A stretch of 64,000 nt of DNA from Alphaproteobacteria bacterium (GTDB lineage Bacteria; Pseudomonadota; Alphaproteobacteria; SP197): NCBI GenBank assembly GCA_964291265.2, contig OZ219747.1:4192001-4256000 (forward strand), given 5' to 3'. The translations under genes were made by a program, and so were the position numbers. Under the pieces are notes generated by a model. It ran no database searches, had not been told where the DNA came from, and worked only from the letters and a program-made list of their open reading frames with translations. Of this stretch, positions 1 to 10,534 are shown piece after piece (position 1 is the stretch's first letter; every line of letters begins with the position of its first letter).

Positions 1-1236
1 GGTTACACTGTCGATGAGCGGATAACAGGACTCCATATATCGTGCCAGGCACGGCGCGCCCTGAATGATCTCCGAGATCAAGGGGAGCGATTCGGGCCGG
101 TGACGGTAAGCCTCGCTGGAGAGTGCTCGCCAATCCTTGATATCCGGATAGAACTTGCGGCGCCACTCGTCGACAAGCGGGTTCATTTTCCTGAACCAGA
201 CAGCTGGAAAAAGCAGCAGCGTCATCATCGAACCGTAATGCGACGGAAGGCTCGGAGCCTTGTCCTCGGGAAGACCGTGCAGCAGTGGATACGGCTTGGT
301 GGGCTTGTCGTGATGATCCGAGTGCCGCTGTATGGAGAAGTACAGATAGTTCGAAGCACTGGAATGATTCCAGGAATGATGCGGCTGGATCCGTTCATAC
401 TTGCCATTCGGCCTCAGGATGCGTTGCAGGCCATAGTGTTGCATGTAGTCGACGGCTCTGATCCCCCAGGCTGCGAACAAGACGATGAACAGCCAAGCGG
501 CGAGCCCTGCCCATCCTCCCACAGCAAGCGCCAGGGCGGGCCAGGCGACCCACATGGCGGTCCAGAACCAGACCGGGTTCGACTTGTGCCAGAACGATAG
601 ACCGCGACGGGCCAACCGGCGATGCTGTAAGCGAATCGCCTCCGTGTAGACGTGGGGAAGTACCGCAAGGAGGTAGCTGTAGAAGCTCTGTCCCATTCGC
701 GCGGACTCCTTGTCCCGCGGCGTTGCGACATTCGCATGATGCATGTAGACATGCTCCGTGTGCATATGCGGCATGGCAATTGTGCCCATCGTGAATGCCG
801 CCAGCCGCCGCATCCATGCTTTGGGCCTGTGAATCAGGTCATGCGACGTTATGGTGACGAGCCTGCCGAGCATTCCGCAAAACACGAGCAGAACAAGACG
901 CTCGTAGAGCAACAAGGTCGGCATGTTGCATACGGCCCACAGTATGAACATCACCAACAAGGGATAAAGTACTGCCCACAGGACGAGGATGGCCATGTGC
1001 CAGAACACCTGGGACTCCGGCGTACTGCGATCCAGGTTCGGAACATCGTTCCTGCACAGCGTCTCCAGGATCTTGATGTAGGGTACAAGCGGCAGGATAA
1101 CCCATGGAACGACCCATGGAACGAAGTCGGGCAGCAAATCCAGCGCCATGGCTATCACCAGTGGCACAAGCAGCAGCGTGATCGAAAACGGAACTGCACC
1201 CATCAGGCCAGTTCCGGCTGCGCGGGACGGGTTCAT
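1..1236 (-). CDS. alkB: AlkB-family alkane 1-monooxygenase / membrane di-iron hydroxylase, 3' end beyond the window edge
   Basis: Hand translation from ATG 1236 (overlaps the upstream stop, ATGA) is open to position 1. Hydrophobic N-terminus and His boxes HDLIH, EHVYMHH, DYMQHYG, QRHSDHH. Absent from the ORF track because there is no stop in the window. Confidence 0.88.
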   Translation of the reverse strand, partial: MNPSRAAGTGLMGAVPFSITLLLVPLVIAMALDLLPDFVPWVVPWVILPLVPYIKILETLCRNDVPNLDRSTPESQVFWHMAILVLWAVLYPLLVMFILWAVCNMPTLLLYERLVLLVFCGMLGRLVTITSHDLIHRPKAWMRRLAAFTMGTIAMPHMHTEHVYMHHANVATPRDKESARMGQSFYSYLLAVLPHVYTEAIRLQHRRLARRGLSFWHKSNPVWFWTAMWVAWPALALAVGGWAGLAAWLFIVLFAAWGIRAVDYMQHYGLQRILRPNGKYERIQPHHSWNHSSASNYLYFSIQRHSDHHDKPTKPYPLLHGLPEDKAPSLPSHYGSMMTLLLFPAVWFRKMNPLVDEWRRKFYPDIKDWRALSSEAYRHRPESLPLISEIIQGAPCLARYMESCYPLIDSVT

Positions 1237-2279
1237 GACTTTCCCAGATCATAACCGAGACGTTCGAGGCTCGGTCGGCATGCTTCGGTCAAGGCGGCGC
1301 GTTCGGCGGGATTGAGGTCTCCCAGCTTCGAGTGTGTCGGGCGGGGGATCCGCGCCGCCTCCTTGACCCATTCCGGATTTTCGAGAGACGGGTCGAGAAA
1401 CCGCACCAAGCGCGCAATCTCCTTTTCCGGTTCGCTCTGCATGTCCTCGAATCGCACACGCAGAACCCTTTCCGGCGGAAGCGTGTCGAGAAACCGATCC
1501 GCCAGCTCCACTATGTCCGACCAGAACTTCCCGAATTCAGGAAGGGAGAATTCCCGGTCTCTGGTTCTGCTGAACAGAAAGACGACATAGACAAGGAGTT
1601 GCGTGCGCAGCATCGCCCAGTCTCGGAACGCATGTCCCGAGACCCCTGTCATCGGTTTCAATGCATCCACGCCATACTTCCTCATGGTCACGATGTAGCG
1701 CATGGCTTCGCGGAACACAGGATGCTTCTTCATTGACATGGCTGTATCGCGCCCGTCGCGGTAGAGGTGGATGAACTTCGCCTCGGGAAACATCGCAGCC
1801 AACCTCGGCGCATACATCCCGGCCCCGCCGGAGCGCTCCACCCAGACCCTTCGGTCGAACTTCCGGCGTAGCCAGGCAAACATCGCTCGATAGTGATCGG
1901 CCGCATACTGGCGCGGCTGCGAGCGGATCATCGGCTCGAGTTCGTCGAGCAGGTCGTCGGGCCTGTCGGTGATGTGCGGAAGCGTAACCCACGAAATGGG
2001 GGGTATCCTGGCGCCGGAATAGCGGCCACGCGGGGTGCCGACCGGGTACAGAAGAGCTTCGGAGTGGCCGCCGAGTTGCCGGCGCTGGGCCCTTGTCTGC
2101 TTGCTCATGATGTTCCACATCTCGTTGCCGGTCAGGCGCCGGAAGTGAAACAGGGCGCGACCCTGCAGGATGAACAGCTCGGATATGCTGAGAATGTCCG
2201 GGTGCGAATTCAGAACATCGGACAGCATGGTCGAACCACAGCGCCCGGAACTGACGACGATTGCTGGAGGGATGTCCAT
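1233..2279 (-). CDS. Sulfotransferase family protein
   Basis: PAPS-binding motif SSGRCGSTML; FPEAKFIHLYRDGRD; RVRFEDM. Confidence 0.88.
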   Translation of the reverse strand: MDIPPAIVVSSGRCGSTMLSDVLNSHPDILSISELFILQGRALFHFRRLTGNEMWNIMSKQTRAQRRQLGGHSEALLYPVGTPRGRYSGARIPPISWVTLPHITDRPDDLLDELEPMIRSQPRQYAADHYRAMFAWLRRKFDRRVWVERSGGAGMYAPRLAAMFPEAKFIHLYRDGRDTAMSMKKHPVFREAMRYIVTMRKYGVDALKPMTGVSGHAFRDWAMLRTQLLVYVVFLFSRTRDREFSLPEFGKFWSDIVELADRFLDTLPPERVLRVRFEDMQSEPEKEIARLVRFLDPSLENPEWVKEAARIPRPTHSKLGDLNPAERAALTEACRPSLERLGYDLGKS

Positions 2280-2479
2280 GTCCTGGCTCGATTTTACCCT
2301 TCAGAAAGGTGCGGAAGAACCCGGTGGGCCGGGATTCTCATGGACGGCTTCGGACATGACCGTCCAGGTCGGCTCGATGTGTTCGCAGGGACGCAGGCGG
2401 CAGACTTCGACGCAGCGATGCGGACCTGCGCAAGGGGAAGCCCTGAGGAAGCCACCGGCGCCAGCGTGACGGAGCGCCA

Positions 2480-3548
2480 TGCAGTCATCTGCAGCCCTCG
2501 AGAGCTTCGGCAGACAGCTCAGGTCGCAAGCCGCACGTGCCAGGGTGGTCTGCCGGTCAATCCGCGGCAGTCCGCGATGCCGGATCTGCGAGGAGCGCGC
2601 TGCCGTCCTCACCCGACCGAAGGTCTCTTCGGTCCATGTGCCGCGAACCTCGCTCGCCGACACTGGAGCGTCGAACCGCGACCTTGCGCCCCACATGCGC
2701 CTGGGCGTCGAAGGCCTTGCAGATCCTGTGGAACTCCGCCGTGTCACGCGGGTCTTGTCCGCTCCCACCCTCGCGGTCCGGTGGGGCTCCTCCCGGCGTA
2801 TCACCATGACCTCGTCGCCCAGGCATACCACCCGTCCCGTCGCCCGCCTCGCCAGACTGTCAACCTCCAGCCTGCTGCGCTTCTCCGTCAGCGCCTGGCC
2901 CATGTCGCTGACCTTCGCCTCCTTGAGCTTCCCCGTGCGGCAGAGCCGGCGATCGTCATCCATGGTCGAGCGATGCGTCGCGTTCAACCACCGTGCGCCA
3001 TGGAGGTCGCAGGCGGCATGGCGACCGCAGCCGTCGTCGTCGTCCTCTCCCGCAGGAACCTCATCAAACTCCCGGAAGCTCCAGGTCGATGTCCATGCCT
3101 CGACCTGCGTCCCGCCCGCCGAGCAGCGGCCCTGCGTCGGCAATCGCTGCACCGCTGTCAAGGAGACCGGGTGCATCAGAAAGAGCGACCCCACAACGCC
3201 CGCCAGAGGACGCTCGCGGTTCTCCGTGAACACGATCGGATCACACACCCGCGCGTCGATTCCCAGCCCCGCAAACCATCGCAACAGAAGGTTGAACCCT
3301 TGCTGCTCCAACAGCCGGAGCTCCAGGCGGATCAAGCAGAACGGCTGACGCAACAGCGCCCGCAACAGCTTCTCGGGCGCCATCCTCGAACGACCTGTGC
3401 GCGACCAAGGCGTCTCGAACTCTGCCGACACGACCGACAGCGCCACGTTCGTCAGATCCCGGATCGCTCGCAAGGATTGGTCCCGAATGACACGCGCCTC
3501 CAGATCAACATCGCCGCAAGGGCTGATGCTGCTTGCGTCCTTAGCCAT
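2480..3548 (-). pseudogene. Degenerate IS5-family transposase
   Basis: VDLEARV..LRAIR, GRSRMAPEKLLRALL, FNLLLRWFAGLG, NATHRST..D.RL are recognisable but heavily substituted. Boundaries approximate. Confidence 0.7.
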
Positions 3549-3679
3549 GCATTGTAGAGCCTTATCGGGCCGTTTGCAGGGCAGTGAAGCACATCAAACC
3601 CAGACGTGCCAAGAGTTTTTCGGTCCAGGAACACTTCATTGTCGGGCCTGGAGTGCTGACATGACAGGGACCGGGCATG

Positions 3680-4524
3680 CTCGAGGCCGTCCGGGTGCTC
3701 CGTGTGCCGGTTTCTGTGGTCGCTTCCGGTGCATCAGGGATGTTCGGGCACAGCTGCCCCTTCGCGTCGTCTGGCAGCACGTTCCCGGCGCATCGCGCGG
3801 GGTCGCGTGCGGGCAAGCAGCCTGACGGCGGCGCCGAGACCCGCAAAGCCAAGCTTGCGGTGGTGCGAGGCCGCCCCGTGCGCGATCCCGGTTCCGCCCC
3901 CTACAACGCGGCCATCGAAACCGTCGCCTGTCGGGATACCGACGCCGAGCCCGCGCCCTTCGCACGGCGCATCCTGCGCGAGGCCCAGCGTCGCGGCCTC
4001 GACTCGACACCACAGCGCGCCAGGTCCTGCTCTGCGACGGTCCGCGATGGATATGGAACTTCGCCAACGAGCACTTCCCCGACGCCATCCAGATCGTCGA
4101 CATCTTCCACGCCAAGGGCCATCTGTTCGAGGTCGCTGAGGTGAACTTAAGGACACGGCAGCGAGATCGGCGAACGATGGGCCGGAAAGCGGCGCGAGGA
4201 GCTGGACGAGGGCCGCATCGACGACCTCATCGCCGCCCTGCTGGGCCATGCTGCAGGAACGCCGAGACCTTCGCCACCAACCGTGAGCGCATGAACGATC
4301 CAAGGTTCAGGGCGGGGCCTGTGCGTTGCCTCCGGCGTGGTCGAGGGAGGCTGCAGGAACATCGTCGACGTCCGCCTCAGGCAAGGCCGCATGCGCTGGA
4401 CCGTCGACGCCGCCAACACCATCATCGCCCTGCGCTGCGCCGTCGGCAGCAACCGCTTCGACGACCTCTGAGAACTGCGCGCCAGCCAAGGGCATGAGTC
4501 TCACGAATTCAGACGCTACACCCG
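3680..4524 (+). pseudogene. Frameshifted ISKra4-family transposase remnant with right end
   Basis: Fragments in different frames: GKQPDGGAETRKAKLA, WIWNFANEHFPDAIQIVDIFHAKGHL, SGVVEGGC..RLRQGRMRWTVDAANTIIALRC. Confidence 0.7.
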
Positions 4525-4786
4525 GTCGACTCCACCTGGAGTGGCGCGGACTCCGCGTCGAGGCGGACCATTCCGACGGCTGGAGCGGCGGCGCACAGCT
4601 CCATCCGGTGCCTTGCATGCAGACACGCACAGACGAAGCGAGGGGTCTCGTGAACCGGCTTCACACTCAAGGCGCACCGTTCGGCCGGATGGCCCGCCTG
4701 GAAGTTCGAAATCGCGACTCGACGACGCTGATGACGAACGGTTTCAGATCAACGACGACCGCAGCCTCACTCACGCTTCCTGCCGC

Positions 4787-6970
4787 TCACATGATGGTCA
4801 GTTCGTCTTCGTCGTAGGCATCCGCCGTCAGGAAGTCGACATCTTCGTCGGTCAACTGCCCCGAGGTAACCCCATGCACCGTGATCTTCTGGCCCTCGGC
4901 GAACTCCTCCGACGTGATGACGACATAGTTGCGGCCCTCGCTGTCCTGATCGTCGCCCAGATTGAGGTCATCGAAATCGATGAACATCTCCTCATGGCCG
5001 ACCTGCGCCTGCGCCTCGGTCTGCGCCACGATCACGATGGTATCGGCGCCGTCCTCAAAGTCGGTGATGACATCCTCCCCGTCTCCCGTGTGGAACAGGA
5101 AGCCGTCGTGGCCCGCGCCGCCGCTCAGGGTGTCGTCGCCCGCGCCGCCGTGGAGCCGATCGTCGCCCGCGCCGCCGCTCAGGGTGTCGTCGCCCGCGCC
5201 GCCGTGGAGCCGATCGTCGCCCGTGCCGCCGCTCAGGGTGTCGTCGCCCGCGCCGCCGTGGAGCCGATCGTCGCCCGCGCCGCCGCTCAGGGTGTCGTCG
5301 TCCGCGCCGCCGTGGAGCCGGTCGTCGCCCGCGCCGCCGCTCAGGATGTCGTCGCCCGCGCCGCCGTGGAGCCGGTCGTCGCCCGCGCCGCCGCTCAGGA
5401 TGTCGTCGCCCGCGCCGCCGTGGAGCTGATCGTCGCCTGCGCCGCCGCTCAGGATGTCGTCGCCCGCGCCGCCGTGGAGGATGTCATTGTCCTTGCCTCC
5501 TTCGAGGGTGTCGTTGCCCTGTTCGCCGTGGAGCCGGTCATTGCCCTGATCACCGTAGAGATGGTCGCCGCCGATGCCGCCGAAGAGGTAGTCGTTGCCG
5601 ACGCCCCCGAAGAGCGTGTCATCGCCTTCATTGCCGTACAGAACATCGCGCTTCTCGCCGCCGTCCATCGTGTCATCACCGCCCTGGCCGTGGAGTGCGT
5701 CCATGCCGCCAAGGCTGTAGATGGTGTGGGCGCCGGCGCCGTGGCCACCGATGAACAGGTCCTTTCTTTCCGTACCGTCGATTGTCCTTCCGGGGGCCGG
5801 TTCGGGAGCGGGACCGAAGTTCCAGATGAAATGGACGTTCGCATTCAGGTAAGCCGCATTGTGGGCGGACCCCAGGTTCGCGAAGCGCGCCATCACCTTC
5901 TGCGACGCGCCCGTGCCCGTGACGAGCTGGTGCTCTTTCCGGGCATCGTTCCATACGAACCGCACGTCGGCCTGGCGCATGCCGACCGGCAGCCAGATGA
6001 CATCTTCGGAAACGTTGAAGTCCATGATGATGTCCGGATCGGCCTGCAACGACGTGATGACGAAGGTGTCCCGGCCGCCCTCGCCGAAAAGTGTGTCCCG
6101 GCCGGTGCCGCCGTCGAGACGGTCATTGCCGTCACCGCCACGCAGATCGTCATCCCCAGCACTGCCATAGAGCACATCGTTGCCCTTGCCGCCGATGATG
6201 AAGTCGTCGCCGTCGCCGCCCCGGAGGATGTCGTCGCCATGCTGGCCGTGCACTTCATCGTTACCGTCGCCGCCTTCGAGCACATCGTTGCCCTTGCCGC
6301 CGATAATGAAGTCGTCGCCGTCGCCGCCCCGGAGGATGTCGTCGCCATGCATGCCGCGCACTTCATCGTTACCGTCGCCGCCTTCGAGGACATCGTTGCC
6401 CTTGCCACCGATGATGAAGTCGTCGCCGTCGCCGCCCCAGAGTAAGTCGTCGCCTGCGGCGCCGTTGAGCCATCCGCCCTTCTCGTAGTCGATCTGTCCG
6501 GAGATCTGCCGGATCGCGGTGGCGACAGCCTCCTCGTCGTCGGGATCAATCGGATCGTGGTAGTTGATCTCGGCGAGCACCTTGTTGCCGATCTTGAGCT
6601 GGAACGTGGCCGTGCCGTACGTCCCGCCGGGGTGGTGAACCACGGTAAGCTCGTCCGTCGTGTAGTCGCCACCAAGCTCAGACACCACGATACGGTCCCA
6701 ATTCGCAGAGCACTCCGTCATGTGGGGCAGCGCAAGATCTTGAAGGCAGACGTAACTGTCGGAATTCAGCAAGAACAAGTCGTCGCCGCGGCGGCCCAGG
6801 AACTGGACGTTGCCGTGTCCTCCGACGACATACAGCGGTCCGTCGTATCCCTGCGCCTCGCTGTAGATGTTCCCCCGGGTATCGCCGGAGTGGTCCCCGG
6901 CGGTCTTGCTGGCGATGGATACGCGGTCGTGTGCCTCCGACATATCAAGGAACTCCTTGTCGAGGTGCAT
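4787..6970 (-). CDS. RTX Ca2+-binding repeat protein, probable type I secretion substrate; 5' end uncertain or truncated
   Basis: Many GGxGxDxLx nonapeptides and an acidic C-terminus (DVITDFEDGADTI). The ORF-track start at 7354 lies inside an IS remnant; ATG 6970 is more plausible. Confidence 0.85.
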   Translation of the reverse strand: MHLDKEFLDMSEAHDRVSIASKTAGDHSGDTRGNIYSEAQGYDGPLYVVGGHGNVQFLGRRGDDLFLLNSDSYVCLQDLALPHMTECSANWDRIVVSELGGDYTTDELTVVHHPGGTYGTATFQLKIGNKVLAEINYHDPIDPDDEEAVATAIRQISGQIDYEKGGWLNGAAGDDLLWGGDGDDFIIGGKGNDVLEGGDGNDEVRGMHGDDILRGGDGDDFIIGGKGNDVLEGGDGNDEVHGQHGDDILRGGDGDDFIIGGKGNDVLYGSAGDDDLRGGDGNDRLDGGTGRDTLFGEGGRDTFVITSLQADPDIIMDFNVSEDVIWLPVGMRQADVRFVWNDARKEHQLVTGTGASQKVMARFANLGSAHNAAYLNANVHFIWNFGPAPEPAPGRTIDGTERKDLFIGGHGAGAHTIYSLGGMDALHGQGGDDTMDGGEKRDVLYGNEGDDTLFGGVGNDYLFGGIGGDHLYGDQGNDRLHGEQGNDTLEGGKDNDILHGGAGDDILSGGAGDDQLHGGAGDDILSGGAGDDRLHGGAGDDILSGGAGDDRLHGGADDDTLSGGAGDDRLHGGAGDDTLSGGTGDDRLHGGAGDDTLSGGAGDDRLHGGAGDDTLSGGAGHDGFLFHTGDGEDVITDFEDGADTIVIVAQTEAQAQVGHEEMFIDFDDLNLGDDQDSEGRNYVVITSEEFAEGQKITVHGVTSGQLTDEDVDFLTADAYDEDELTIM
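5112..5480. repeat. About 7 near-identical 54-bp tandem repeats (GGAGDDRLHGGAGDDTLS) in the RTX gene
   Basis: Recurring gtcgtcgcccgcgccgccgtggagcc / gccgccgctcagg units. Confidence 0.9.
6176..6445. repeat. About 2.5 copies of a 108-bp repeat (36 aa) in the RTX gene
   Basis: cccttgcc..gat.atgaagtcgtcgccgtcgccgcccc starts at 6183, 6291 and 6399. Confidence 0.88.
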
Positions 6971-7199
6971 GAAGACGTCAGTCTCAAGCAACCTTGTTAC
7001 ACGGCGAACCTGACAGCCAGTCTGCCACACGAAAGACCGTGCGGCAAATGACGCGTCGACAGGCAAACTGAATACTCGCGCAGGACCAAGTTCAGGCATC
7101 TTGACCTGGTGCCACGTCAGGTCAGACGATTCCGGAGTGTTGCGCCGTCGATGTCGTGGACATGGACAGTCCCGGACTGGTCGAGTTCCTCGATCAGCG

Positions 7200-7420
7200 C
7201 CAGCAGGGCTCAAGGCTTCCAGGCGGTCCACCGGTCGCGGGGAGCTTGACTTGAAGGCGCCGTTTAAGCCACGCCGCCAGACCCAGCCACTGACACCTGA
7301 AGGTGGCAACGCAGCGCCGACGGCGGCCCGCCAGACGACGGAAACCGAGATCATGGTGCCCGTTCATCAGAGCGTCCCACAGCGGACGCTCATCCGGCCT
7401 CGTCAGGCGAACCTCGGAAA
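7200..7420 (-). pseudogene. DUF4338 (DruA-like) domain remnant, probably from a transposase fusion
   Basis: EVRLTRPDERPLWDALMNGHHDLGFRRLAGR..VATF..QWLGLAAW, then GAFK in another frame. Confidence 0.6.
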
Positions 7421-7690
7421 GGGAAGCATGGATGCTCGGGAGCCTCCCGATGGATCGGGCAGGCTTCCATGCGCTTGCGAATCGACAGGGACGGACCGTC
7501 GCACACACACAGCGCTGGATGGTCAGCGGAACCTGCCCGCAGTGCGCGCGCGCAACGCATGAATGCCCGACATCAAGAGGAATCAAGCGGATTCCAGCGT
7601 GAAGCGATTCCGTGATGCCTGCCCGCTCCCTTTCCCTTCATCGCAAAGATGTGCTACCCGGACAGGGTGCAGGGGTGAGTAGAGAGCGAC

Positions 7691-10162
7691 GTGAGGCGCG
7701 TATCAGAATCTTGCCGGCCCTGGCTTTCGGGCGCAGCTGGTACAGTTGCGTTGTGCCTCGTATCGGTTCTACTCGTGTCGGCATGCGGTGGCGGGGGCAA
7801 GGAAGCGCCACCTCCGCCACAATCGTTACCGCCACAGTCTGATCCTTGCGCACTCGATGACGTCATCCGGACGCCGAGCTTCGGCTGTCTCTCCCCGCGG
7901 GACTATCGGCAACAGAGGCAGATCCTTGCGGCGCGCCATGCTGATCGGGCGGGCTTCAGGGAACAGTGGGGGTTGACCGCGGTTCGCGCCGACCAAGCCT
8001 GGGCGCAGGTCGAACTGACGCGCGGCGCAGGCGTCGAGGCAGGCTCCGGCTACATCGCCGGGCTGATCGACGATGGTATCGATACCGGCCACCCGATGTT
8101 TGCCGGCAAGACGGTGACCGAGAGCATCATCAGTGGGTCGGGCGCCGGAGACCGCAGCGTGTCGTCGCATGGCACGACAGTTGCGAGCGTGCTCGCCGGG
8201 CGGCCGCCGGCCGCCTATGTCGCAAGGGGCGCCGGCCCCGGAATCGCGCCGGGCGCCGACATTGCCATGCTCGCCATCGCTCTCCGACCGGGTGGACGTT
8301 ATTACAAGCCGGCATCCCTCGCCTCCTTGCGCGCCGCCGACCGTGGCTCAGACGGGTGGGGGAGTCTCTTCACCCGCGCCGCCAACTGGTCGCAAGGCGG
8401 GCGGAAGATCGACTTCGTCAATGCGAGCTGGGGTCCGGAGGGGATGATCGAGCAGTACGACAAGGAGGAACTCCGCCTCAACCTGAACCAGACGATCACC
8501 GCGCTGGCGCAGGCCGGCGCGGCCGACAAGACCGTCTTCGTGTTCTCGGCCGGCAATGCCCACGATTTCCTCTGCAATCCGGTGGATTTCGCCGACAACC
8601 CCGATCTTTGCACGGGGGGCGCATTGCAAGCCCGCGTCAATGCCCGATCGGTCAAGATCCTCCCCGGTCTGCCGGTGCACTTCCCCGAGCTGCGCGGCCA
8701 CGTGATCGCCGCTGCCGCTGTGGCGCCCGACTTCGACGGCGACGGCGACTATGAAATCACCGATTTCTCCAACCGCTGCGGCGTCGCGGCCGAGTGGTGC
8801 ATCGCAGCCCCCGGGGACGCGGTCAGGGCGGCCTATTCCGGCCCTCCCTGCGGCGACGACCCCGATTGTCGCGCTGTTTCGGGCAGCGGCTCCGGTACGC
8901 GAGGCGTTGCCACCTATGTCAGGGGCACCTCCGCCGCCGCGCCGTTCGTCACCGGCGGCCTTGTCGTGATGAAGCAAGTCTTCCGCGGCCAGATGACCAA
9001 TACGGAACTGGTCGCCCGGATGATGGCGACGGCCAACAAGCAGGGCATCTACGCCAACAGCAGCATCTATGGCCAGGGACTGATGGACCTGGGCGCCGCG
9101 ACGGCGCCGGTCGGCGCCGCCATGCTCACTCTGGGCGGCCGTGTTGACAGCCCCGGCAGCCCTGTGACGGAAACCGGCTTTGTCCCCGGCGGCGCGTTGG
9201 GCAACGGGCTGGCGCAGGCACTCTCCGGCGGCGGGGAAGTCGCGGCCTTCGACACGTTGGGGGCGCCTTTCTGGTATCCCCTTGGCGGGTTCGTCGCCGA
9301 GAGGGCCGGGCCCGGCCTTGCCAACCGGCTGCACGCCTTCATGTCGCCACAGCGGACCGGTCGGACCTTCGCAACCCTGCAGCCCGGCCTCGTCCCGCTG
9401 ACCGACGGCGTCGGGGCAGCGGACACCCCCGTCCGCCTGGGCTTTCTGGGCGCGGCGCCATTCGACGGCGGTGGACACCTCGCGCTGGCCGAATCGGGTC
9501 TGGCTGTGGACGTGCCGGGGGCGCACGGTTTCGCCGTCACCGCCTTTTCCACCGAAGGAGTGCACAGCCGGCCCCCGGTATCGGGCGCGATCCTGACATG
9601 GCGGGCCCCGGAACAGCCCTTCGCCCTTACAAGCGGCATGGTGGCCGAGCGGCAAACCGTGCTCGGCAGCACTGCCAGCGGCGCCTTCGGAAACATCGCT
9701 GGCCAGTCCGTCTTCGTCGGCATCGAGGCTGAGTTCCGTGCCGACGCCTGGCATCTGGGCGCCGACGCGGAAATCGGCACCGTCAGGACAGCAACGCGCG
9801 GCGGAATGCTCGCTGGCATCTCGCCGCTGACCACCAGCGCTTTCGGGCTGCGGGCGCGGAGACCGCTGGGCGAACGGGACACACTCACTCTCTCGGTGAG
9901 CCAGCCCCTGCGCGTCGAGGCCGGCCAGGCCCGGCTTTCGGTTCCGGTCGGCCGCACCAAGGACAGACGCGTCCTGCGCCGGTCGATGGTCGCGGACCTC
10001 GAACCCTCGGGCCGGCAATTCGACATGGCTGCCCAATGGCGCCGGTTGCTCGATAACGGCAGCGAATTGCGCCTGGACGCAGGCTGGAGCCGGCAGCCAG
10101 GCCACGACGCCACCGCCGCCTCCGAACTCAGCATCCTCGCGGGCTGGCGCCACGCCTTCTGA
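7691..10162 (+). CDS. S8 subtilisin-like serine protease with lipoprotein-like signal and C-terminal beta-barrel-like region
   Basis: Catalytic triad IDDG / SHGT / GTSAAAP; FSAGN oxyanion motif; LLVSAC lipobox; terminal Phe. Confidence 0.88.
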   Translation: MRRVSESCRPWLSGAAGTVALCLVSVLLVSACGGGGKEAPPPPQSLPPQSDPCALDDVIRTPSFGCLSPRDYRQQRQILAARHADRAGFREQWGLTAVRADQAWAQVELTRGAGVEAGSGYIAGLIDDGIDTGHPMFAGKTVTESIISGSGAGDRSVSSHGTTVASVLAGRPPAAYVARGAGPGIAPGADIAMLAIALRPGGRYYKPASLASLRAADRGSDGWGSLFTRAANWSQGGRKIDFVNASWGPEGMIEQYDKEELRLNLNQTITALAQAGAADKTVFVFSAGNAHDFLCNPVDFADNPDLCTGGALQARVNARSVKILPGLPVHFPELRGHVIAAAAVAPDFDGDGDYEITDFSNRCGVAAEWCIAAPGDAVRAAYSGPPCGDDPDCRAVSGSGSGTRGVATYVRGTSAAAPFVTGGLVVMKQVFRGQMTNTELVARMMATANKQGIYANSSIYGQGLMDLGAATAPVGAAMLTLGGRVDSPGSPVTETGFVPGGALGNGLAQALSGGGEVAAFDTLGAPFWYPLGGFVAERAGPGLANRLHAFMSPQRTGRTFATLQPGLVPLTDGVGAADTPVRLGFLGAAPFDGGGHLALAESGLAVDVPGAHGFAVTAFSTEGVHSRPPVSGAILTWRAPEQPFALTSGMVAERQTVLGSTASGAFGNIAGQSVFVGIEAEFRADAWHLGADAEIGTVRTATRGGMLAGISPLTTSAFGLRARRPLGERDTLTLSVSQPLRVEAGQARLSVPVGRTKDRRVLRRSMVADLEPSGRQFDMAAQWRRLLDNGSELRLDAGWSRQPGHDATAASELSILAGWRHAF

Positions 10163-10534
10163 TCCGCTTCCCGTGCGCATCCGGGCGCCCTCGAAGCCGG
10201 CGGACAGGATGGCCTCCTCCCGGCTGTCCCCGAGTGCGCCAGCCGTCTTCTGGTGGGCCGGACCGTGGAAACTGCCGCCGACTCCGCTGCCTGATCCAGC
10301 CATGAGACGCCGCCAGAACATCGGAAACCAGGCATCCGGGCCGGGAAGACACGGAATCCGCCCCCGACATGCCACTCAGCCTGCCAACAAAAATCAGCTG
10401 ACCGATACGACATCGATCCTTCGGCCGCACGCAGGATCAGCCGTGGCAGGGGACAAGTCCAGGACCTGAGCATCTTGAGATGGCGCGGATGCCTGCCTTA
10501 TGATGGTAGCGTCCTGTTGTGAGGGTGCCCGGAC

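Noticed and set aside
5112-6445. Possible CRISPR array
   Set aside because: Repeats are contiguous, in frame and encode RTX nonapeptides; there are no unique spacers or cas genes.
4541-6445. Long antisense ORFs (634 aa here; also 8348-10375, 25256-27583, 49190-50833)
   Set aside because: Shadow frames of real genes in high-GC DNA, with no recognisable motifs.
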